64,000 bases of DNA from an uncultured Devosia sp. (lineage in GTDB: Bacteria > Pseudomonadota > Alphaproteobacteria > Rhizobiales > Devosiaceae), in contig NZ_CAXTKA010000013.1 in NCBI RefSeq assembly GCF_964244875.1, forward strand, positions 41,577 through 105,576, in the 5' to 3' direction. Shown here in pieces: positions 58,146 through 64,000 of the stretch. Position 1 is the stretch's first letter. Each line of letters begins with the position of its first letter. The notes under the pieces are model-generated. The model saw only the letters and a program-made list of their open reading frames with translations. It was not told the origin of the DNA and did no database searches. The position numbers were made by a program, and so were the translations under genes.

Positions 58146-58957
58146 AGTTTTTGTTTTTGGGCGATGTCGTGGGCCGCGCCGGGCGCGATGCCATTGCCGA
58201 TCGCCTGCCGGGGATCATCGAGCAATACGGGTTCGATTTCGTCGTGGTCAATGGCGAAAATGCCAGCCATGGGCGCGGCCTGACCGGTCCGCATTTCCAA
58301 GCCATCAAGGATGCCGGCGCCGATATCGTGACCTTGGGCGACCATGCGTTCGACCAGCGCGATACGCTCAGCTTCATCGAGCGCGAGCCCACGTTGATCC
58401 GGCCGATCAACATGCCGGCGGGCACGCCGGGGCGTGGCGCGATGTTCGTCGAGGGCCGCAATGGCCACCGGGTATTGGTGATCAACGCCCTGGGACGGGT
58501 GTTCATGCCCCCGATCGACGATCCGTTCCGGGCCATCGAGGCGGCGGTCGCGGCATGCCCGCTGGGCGAACAGGCCGATGCCATCATCGTGGATTTTCAC
58601 ACCGAGGCGACGTCGGAAATCCAGGGCATGGGGCATTTCCTGGACGGACGAGTAAGCCTGGTCGTGGGCACCCACACCCATATTCCCACCGCCGATCAAC
58701 GGATCCTGCGCGGCGGCACGGCGCTGATGGCCGATGCCGGCATGTGCGGGGACTATGATTCGGTGATCGGGGTGGAACCGGAGGAGCCGATCAACCGGTT
58801 TCTCACCGGTATCATGGGCGGCCGGTTTTCGCCGGCCGAAGGGGCGGCGACGCTGTCGGGCGTGGCGGTCGAAACCGATCCGCGCAGCGGGCTGGCGCTC
58901 AAGGTCGTGCCGGTGCGCGTCGGCGGCGTGCTGGCCCAGGCACTGCCGGAGTTCTAG
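58142..58957 (+). CDS. YmdB/TIGR00282 metallophosphoesterase
   Basis: FLGDVVG, NGEN, TLGDH, DFHTEATSE, GTHTHIPTAD, DAGMCGDYDSVIG. Confidence 0.93.
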   Translation: MKFLFLGDVVGRAGRDAIADRLPGIIEQYGFDFVVVNGENASHGRGLTGPHFQAIKDAGADIVTLGDHAFDQRDTLSFIEREPTLIRPINMPAGTPGRGAMFVEGRNGHRVLVINALGRVFMPPIDDPFRAIEAAVAACPLGEQADAIIVDFHTEATSEIQGMGHFLDGRVSLVVGTHTHIPTADQRILRGGTALMADAGMCGDYDSVIGVEPEEPINRFLTGIMGGRFSPAEGAATLSGVAVETDPRSGLALKVVPVRVGGVLAQALPEF

Positions 58958-59044
58958 CGCCGGCGTGGGGTAGTCCCACCTTCACAATCGGGTTTTGTGC
59001 CCCTATAAGCGGGCAAAATTTCAAAATGCATCCCGGGGGACCGA

Positions 59045-59791
59045 ATGGCCGGCCATTCACATGCCAAGAACATCATGCACCGCAAGGGCAAGAGCGACGC
59101 CGTGCGCTCCAAGGTCTTTTCCAAGCTGGCGCGCGAAATCACCGTTGCCGCCAAGCTGGGCATGCCCGATCCGGCCTTCAATTCGCGTCTGCGCCTGGCC
59201 GTCAACAATGCGCGTGCCCTGTCGATGCCGCGCGACAATATCGAGCGCGCCATCAAGAAGGCGATCGGCAATGACGGCGAAAATTACGAGGAAATCCGCT
59301 ACGAAGGCTATGGCCCCGGTGGCGTGGCCATTATCGTCGAGACCCTGACTGACAACCGCAACCGCACTGCGTCCAACGTGCGCTCGACCTTCTCCAAGAA
59401 TGGCGGCGCCATGGGCGAAACCAATTCGGTCGGCTTCATGTTCGACAAGATCGGGGAGATCGAATATGCGGGCAAGGCCGGCTCGGCCGACAAGATCATG
59501 GAAGCGGCGATCGAGGCGGGCGCCGACGATGTGGAAAGCGACGAGGACGGCCATTGGATCTATACCTCGTTCGAAGCCATGATCGAGGTATCGGCGGCGC
59601 TCGAAAAAGTGCTTGGGGAGGCCGAGTCGATCAAGGCGATCTGGAAGCCGCAGACCAATACGCCGATCGATGCGGAAAAGGGCGCGACGCTGATGAAGCT
59701 GATCGGCCTGCTCGAGGAAGACGATGACGTGCAGAACGTCTATTCCAACTTCGAGATGAGCGACGAGGACATGGCCAAGCTCGACGGCTAG
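59045..59791 (+). CDS. YebC/PmpR family protein
   Basis: [43 protein letters not shown]. Confidence 0.96.
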   Translation: MAGHSHAKNIMHRKGKSDAVRSKVFSKLAREITVAAKLGMPDPAFNSRLRLAVNNARALSMPRDNIERAIKKAIGNDGENYEEIRYEGYGPGGVAIIVETLTDNRNRTASNVRSTFSKNGGAMGETNSVGFMFDKIGEIEYAGKAGSADKIMEAAIEAGADDVESDEDGHWIYTSFEAMIEVSAALEKVLGEAESIKAIWKPQTNTPIDAEKGATLMKLIGLLEEDDDVQNVYSNFEMSDEDMAKLDG

Positions 59792-59797
59792 GTTCCG

Positions 59798-60580
59798 TCA
59801 GCCGGCCTGGCTCAGGGCGACCGGTGGATCGTCGGTGGCCTGGATGATGGCGACGCGGTTGCGGCCAGCCTGCTTGGCATTGTAGAGCCGCTGGTCGGCA
59901 ATGCGGAACAGTTCGGCGAAACTGGCGGTCCCCTCGAACACGGCACCGCCAATGCTCACCGAGAGCTGGCGTGGACGACCGTCAGGCGAGAATGCCGCCA
60001 GATTGACCGAACGGCGGATGCGCTCGGCAATGGTTTGGGCGCCGTGCTGGTCGACATTGGGCAGATAGACGCCGAATTCCTCGCCGCCCATGCGGCCGAC
60101 CAGTTCGCCAGGTCTCAGCACGGCGCGGATCGAGCGCGCGATGATGGTCAGCGCCTCGTCGCCCGCATCATGGCCGAACAGATCGTTGATGGCCTTGAAG
60201 TTGTCGGCGTCGATCATCAGCAGGGCGCCGTAAGGCGGGGGGTCGGTGCGGGCAAGCCGTGTCGTGACCTTGCCGGTGAAGGCGCCGCGATTGAGGCAGG
60301 CCGTCAGGCTATCGGTGCGCGCCACGAGGCCCAGACGCAGATTGCTGATCGCCAGGCCCCGGACCCGCATGCTCATGTAAAAGAACAGCGGCATGCCCAA
60401 AAGGACCGGCAGCACGGTGGCGCTGACGATGGAGCGATGTACGGCGCTGGGGCCCAGGCCATCAAAGAACACGGCGTTGAACGCCACTGATACCGCAACG
60501 CAGCCCAGGGTTCCGAGCAGGGTCCAGCGCACGACGCTCGACCAGCTCTGCAAGGCACGGACCAGTCTGGAAGCGGCCAT
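59798..60580 (-). CDS. Membrane-anchored diguanylate cyclase
   Basis: Two TM helices, DADNFKAINDLFGH..GD, intact GGEEF. Confidence 0.92.
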   Translation of the reverse strand: MAASRLVRALQSWSSVVRWTLLGTLGCVAVSVAFNAVFFDGLGPSAVHRSIVSATVLPVLLGMPLFFYMSMRVRGLAISNLRLGLVARTDSLTACLNRGAFTGKVTTRLARTDPPPYGALLMIDADNFKAINDLFGHDAGDEALTIIARSIRAVLRPGELVGRMGGEEFGVYLPNVDQHGAQTIAERIRRSVNLAAFSPDGRPRQLSVSIGGAVFEGTASFAELFRIADQRLYNAKQAGRNRVAIIQATDDPPVALSQAG

Positions 60581-60926
60581 GGACACTCTTTCTGCTCAAC
60601 GCAATCAATGCGTGCGGATATGGGTGGCCAATCAAATCGGCCGATCGATGTGTCGGCGGGCTGGCCTGATCGTTTCGCTGGCGTTTGGCCGTCAGGAGAT
60701 CAGCCGCCAGTTGCGATGCAGCGGTTGCATCTGGCTGGAATAACGCAACGAGGCGTGTGTGCTGGCAGCGGGGGGCCCGCGAAGCGTGCAGGCAGGCAAT
60801 CGGCTGGCGCTCTGGATCATCGCGGTTCTTTCGTGCATTCCCGAGCGTGACACTAGGCAGGGGTGTTGAAGATGGTATTGGCGAGATTGCCGCGATTTTA
60901 TTGATCCCCGGTTTTCCACCGCCGGT

Positions 60927-60941
60927 GTTTCTGCTTTGTTC
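60927..60941 (+). promoter_or_regulatory. Putative alphaproteobacterial LexA (SOS) box upstream of ruvC
   Basis: GTTT-CTGCTTT-GTTC, one mismatch to GTTC-N7-GTTC, 45 bp before the ruvC start. Confidence 0.55.
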
Positions 60942-60985
60942 ACTTTGGGCTTGGTAGGGTGACGCGGGGTAGCTAAAGGTGGGTC

Positions 60986-61492
60986 ATGAACAAGGCTGTG
61001 CGAATCATCGGCATCGATCCAGGCCTGCGCCGTTGCGGCTGGGGCATCATCGCCTCCGAGGGCAGCCGGCTGGCTTTTGTCGCCTGCGGCACGATAACGC
61101 CGCCGGTCGATGGGTCTTTGGCGGATCGGCTGGCAGTGCTGTATTCGGCGTTGACGCAGGTGCTGGAGCGACACGCGCCCGACGAGGCGGCAGTCGAGGA
61201 AACCTTCGTCAATGCCGGTGCGCGGTCGGCGCTGCTGCTGGGGCAGGCGCGCGGCGTGGCGCTGATGACGCCGGCGGCGCATGGCTTGCCGGTGGCCGAA
61301 TATGCCGCCAATCTGGTCAAGAAATCGGTGGTGGGCACCGGCCATGCCGAAAAGGGGCAGGTTGGATTGATGGTCAAGCTGCTGCTGCCCGCGGCCGATG
61401 TCAAAGGCGCCGATGAAGCCGATGCGCTGGCTATCGCCATCTGCCATGCCCATCATCGTGTCGCGGCGCAACGGCTCAAGGCCTCGGCATGA
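60986..61492 (+). CDS. ruvC: Holliday junction resolvase
   Basis: IGIDPGL...[37 protein letters not shown]. Confidence 0.97.
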   Translation: MNKAVRIIGIDPGLRRCGWGIIASEGSRLAFVACGTITPPVDGSLADRLAVLYSALTQVLERHAPDEAAVEETFVNAGARSALLLGQARGVALMTPAAHGLPVAEYAANLVKKSVVGTGHAEKGQVGLMVKLLLPAADVKGADEADALAIAICHAHHRVAAQRLKASA

Positions 61493-62106
61493 TCGGCAAG
61501 CTCAAGGGCGTCGTCGACAGCTTTGCCGAGGACAGCGCGCTGATCGATGTCGGCGGCGTGTGCTACGAGGTGTTCTGCTCCTCGCGCACGCTGCAGGCGC
61601 TGCCGCGCGTGGGCGAGGCCAGCGTGGTGTTCATCGAAACCGTGGTGCGCGAAGACATGATCCGGCTTTATGGGTTTTCCAGCCAGGCCGAAAAGGCCTG
61701 GTTCACGCTGCTGATGACCGTGCAAGGTGTCGGCGCGCGCGTGGCTCTGGCAATCCTTTCGGCGCTGTCGCCTTCCGAGCTGTCGAGCGCCATCGCCTTG
61801 CAGGACAAGGCGATGATGGGGCGGGCCAATGGTGTGGGCCCCAAATTGGCAGTGCGGCTGGTGACCGAACTCAAGGGCAAGGTGCCGACGACGGGGGCAA
61901 TCGACGCGGGCGTGCTGGGGCTGCAATCGGCGCTGGGCGAGGGCTTGGCGTCGAGCAATATCACCGATGCCGTCTCCGCCCTGACCAATCTGGGCTATTC
62001 CAGCGCCCAGGCCTCGGCGGCCTTGGCGCGGATCGTCGCGCGCGAAGGGGATGGGACACCGACCGAAAAGCTGATCCGGCTGGGACTGCGAGAGCTGAGC
62101 AGTTGA
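61489..62106 (+). CDS. ruvA: Holliday junction branch migration protein A
   Basis: [40 protein letters not shown]. Confidence 0.97.
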   Translation: MIGKLKGVVDSFAEDSALIDVGGVCYEVFCSSRTLQALPRVGEASVVFIETVVREDMIRLYGFSSQAEKAWFTLLMTVQGVGARVALAILSALSPSELSSAIALQDKAMMGRANGVGPKLAVRLVTELKGKVPTTGAIDAGVLGLQSALGEGLASSNITDAVSALTNLGYSSAQASAALARIVAREGDGTPTEKLIRLGLRELSS

Positions 62107-62110
62107 CGCC

Positions 62111-62170
62111 TTGAAAAGCCCGCGATTCCTTACTACTGTGATATGTAAGGAACTCTCTGGAGGTAAGGAA
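62111..62170 (+). promoter_or_regulatory. Internal TA promoter and operator
   Basis: TTGAAA-N17-TACTGT; IR TTCCTTAC (62126)-N11-GTAAGGAA (62145) and a third GTAAGGAA at 62163. Confidence 0.7.
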
Positions 62171-62457
62171 TGAACGAGCATCTGCAAATATGTGCACGTT
62201 CGAAGATGACCAGCAAAGGCCAGACGACCGTGCCGCGCGAAATTCGCGACGCACTCGGCTTGGCGGAGGGCGTGCAAATCGAATGGGTCGTCAATCAGGC
62301 CGACGGAACGGCGACGATAAAGCCTAGAACACTGCGCGCCGTTGATCTGGCCGGTTTTCTTGGGCCATCTCCTGTAGGGCCGGTAAGCATCGAGCAGATG
62401 AATGAGGGTATCGCAGAGGCGGTGGCGGAGCGCTTTGCGCGAGCTGTGAAGCGATGA
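62170..62457 (+). CDS. AbrB/MazE/SpoVT antitoxin (VapB-like)
   Basis: KMTSKGQTTVPREIRDALGLAEG. Confidence 0.92.
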   Translation: MNEHLQICARSKMTSKGQTTVPREIRDALGLAEGVQIEWVVNQADGTATIKPRTLRAVDLAGFLGPSPVGPVSIEQMNEGIAEAVAERFARAVKR

Positions 62458-62852
62458 TCGGTGTCGACACCAACGTTCTGGTGCGACTTGTTGTTGAAGA
62501 AAATTTTGAGCAAACAGCCTTGGCGATAAGCTTTTTTGATGCACGATCACCGGCTAGCCCTGCGCATATATCCTTGATCGTGATTGCCGAATTGGCGTGG
62601 GTACTCGGCAAAACTTACAAATTTGGCTATGACCGCGTAGCGGCCTTTATAGAGCGGCTCCTTGAAACATCAGACATTGTCGTCGAACGCAGCGACATCG
62701 TGAAATGGGCTCTGGACCAGTTCAATCATGCCAAGATCGATTTTGCCGATTTGCTCATTGCTGAGATCAATCGCCAGGCCGAGTGCGAAGCAACGGTGAC
62801 CTTCGATCGAAATGCCGCCAAGCGTATATCCGGAATGGATCTGCTCGCGTGA
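62454..62852 (+). CDS. PIN-domain toxin (VapC-like)
   Basis: [28 protein letters not shown] acidic catalytic set. Confidence 0.92.
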   Translation: MIGVDTNVLVRLVVEENFEQTALAISFFDARSPASPAHISLIVIAELAWVLGKTYKFGYDRVAAFIERLLETSDIVVERSDIVKWALDQFNHAKIDFADLLIAEINRQAECEATVTFDRNAAKRISGMDLLA

Positions 62853-63889
62853 CCCTTACCTCCCCTGCTGCCGGTCGCGACGATCCGCTCGATGTCTCCC
62901 TGCGCCCCACCGGGTTTTCCGAATTCGTCGGGCAGGCGGCGGCGCGGGCCAATCTGGAAGTATTCATCGAGGCGGCCAAAAGGCGTGGCGCAGCGCTGGA
63001 TCACGTGTTGTTCGTGGGGCCGCCCGGGCTGGGCAAGACCACGCTGGCGCAGATCATTTCGCGCGAACTGGGCGTTGGCTTTCGCGCCACGTCCGGCCCG
63101 GTAATCGCTAAGGCGGGGGATCTGGCGGCGCTGCTGACCAATCTGGAAGACCGCGATGTGCTGTTCATCGACGAGATCCACCGGCTCAATCCGGCGATCG
63201 AGGAAATCCTTTATCCGGCAATGGAGGATTACCAGCTCGACCTGATCATCGGGGAGGGGCCGGCCGCCCGTTCGGTGCGGATCGATCTGGCCAAGTTCAC
63301 CCTGGTCGGCGCAACGACGCGCGCGGGCCTTTTGACCACGCCGCTGCGCGACCGTTTCGGCATTCCCGTGCGGCTCAATTTCTACACGCCCGAAGAGCTG
63401 GTGCAGATCGTGACGCGCGGGGCGCGGCTCCTGGGCATGCCGATGGCGCCCGACGGGGCCATGGAGATCGCCCGGCGCTCGCGCGGCACGCCGCGCATTG
63501 CCGGCCGGCTGCTGCGGCGGGTAACCGATTTTGCCTTGGTCGACGGTTCGGGCGAGATCACCCGCGCCATCGCCGACAAGGCGCTGCTGCGGCTCGATGT
63601 CGATGCGCGCGGGCTGGACCAGCTCGACCGGCGGTATCTCACCACCATCGCCGAGTTCTATGGCGGCGGCCCGGTCGGCATCGAAACCATCGCCGCGGCG
63701 CTGAGCGAGCCGCGCGATGCGATCGAGGAGATCGTCGAGCCTTACCTGCTCCAGCAAGGCTTCATCCAGCGCACCTCGCGCGGCCGGATGCTGACCGGGG
63801 CGGCGTTCCAGCATCTTGGCCGGGCCGTGCCCCAAGGCTTTGTCGGCATGCAGGCAAGCCTGTTCGAGGGGCCGGAGGCGGAGGAGTGA
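62849..63889 (+). CDS. ruvB: Holliday junction branch migration helicase B
   Basis: [39 protein letters not shown]; GTG start overlapping the PIN stop (GTGA). Confidence 0.98.
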   Translation: MTLTSPAAGRDDPLDVSLRPTGFSEFVGQAAARANLEVFIEAAKRRGAALDHVLFVGPPGLGKTTLAQIISRELGVGFRATSGPVIAKAGDLAALLTNLEDRDVLFIDEIHRLNPAIEEILYPAMEDYQLDLIIGEGPAARSVRIDLAKFTLVGATTRAGLLTTPLRDRFGIPVRLNFYTPEELVQIVTRGARLLGMPMAPDGAMEIARRSRGTPRIAGRLLRRVTDFALVDGSGEITRAIADKALLRLDVDARGLDQLDRRYLTTIAEFYGGGPVGIETIAAALSEPRDAIEEIVEPYLLQQGFIQRTSRGRMLTGAAFQHLGRAVPQGFVGMQASLFEGPEAEE

Positions 63890-64000
63890 GCGGTCCGCAC
63901 CACTTCCCAATTCGCGTCTACTATGAAGACACAGACTTTTCCGGCAACGTCTATCATGCCGCCTATCTCAAGTTCTTCGAGCGGGGGCGGACGGAATTGC
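63886..64000 (+). CDS. ybgC: Tol-Pal-associated acyl-CoA thioesterase, partial
   Basis: Manual translation [37 protein letters not shown]. Confidence 0.9.
   Translation, partial: MSGPHHFPIRVYYEDTDFSGNVYHAAYLKFFERGRTEL

Noticed and set aside
60587-60920. Possible riboswitch or small gene in the 400-bp gap between the GGDEF gene and ruvC
   Set aside because: No recognisable aptamer motif, terminator or RBS-supported ORF could be identified by eye

Overview
Chromosomal window of a high-GC alphaproteobacterium (Hyphomicrobiales; Devosia-like by inference from gene content and order). About 1-21.9 kb is accessory DNA: tandem hybrid sensor kinases, an SDR/LysR pair, an arsenic cluster (arsC-aquaporin-arsR, divergent from DUF6428-arsK), a divergent sugar-catabolic island of unknown substrate, an autotransporter relic and a FadL-type porin. 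The island holds a COG4091/SAF dehydrogenase, acoABC-like genes, a SorC regulator, an ABC importer, an atypical PfkB kinase and two hypotheticals, and carries 3-4 inactivating lesions. About 21.9-64 kb is core genome: tacA, pepF, pntAB, purEK, trcR, rcdA, rpmE, rpsU, an orphan MotAB-like pair, suhB, efp, tkt-gap-pgk-fba, zapA, 6S RNA, ruvCAB and ybgC. Three different type II toxin-antitoxin modules are inserted inside housekeeping operons, and three families of palindromic intergenic repeats occur. The best novelty candidates are a putative CtrA-driven small RNA upstream of rcdA, the uncharacterised catabolic pathway, the TA module inside ruvCAB (which has a putative LexA box), DUF6428 in the ars cluster and the orphan ion-motor pair. 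No tRNA, rRNA, CRISPR array, integrase or transposase was seen. All family assignments come from motif recognition by eye, not database searches.
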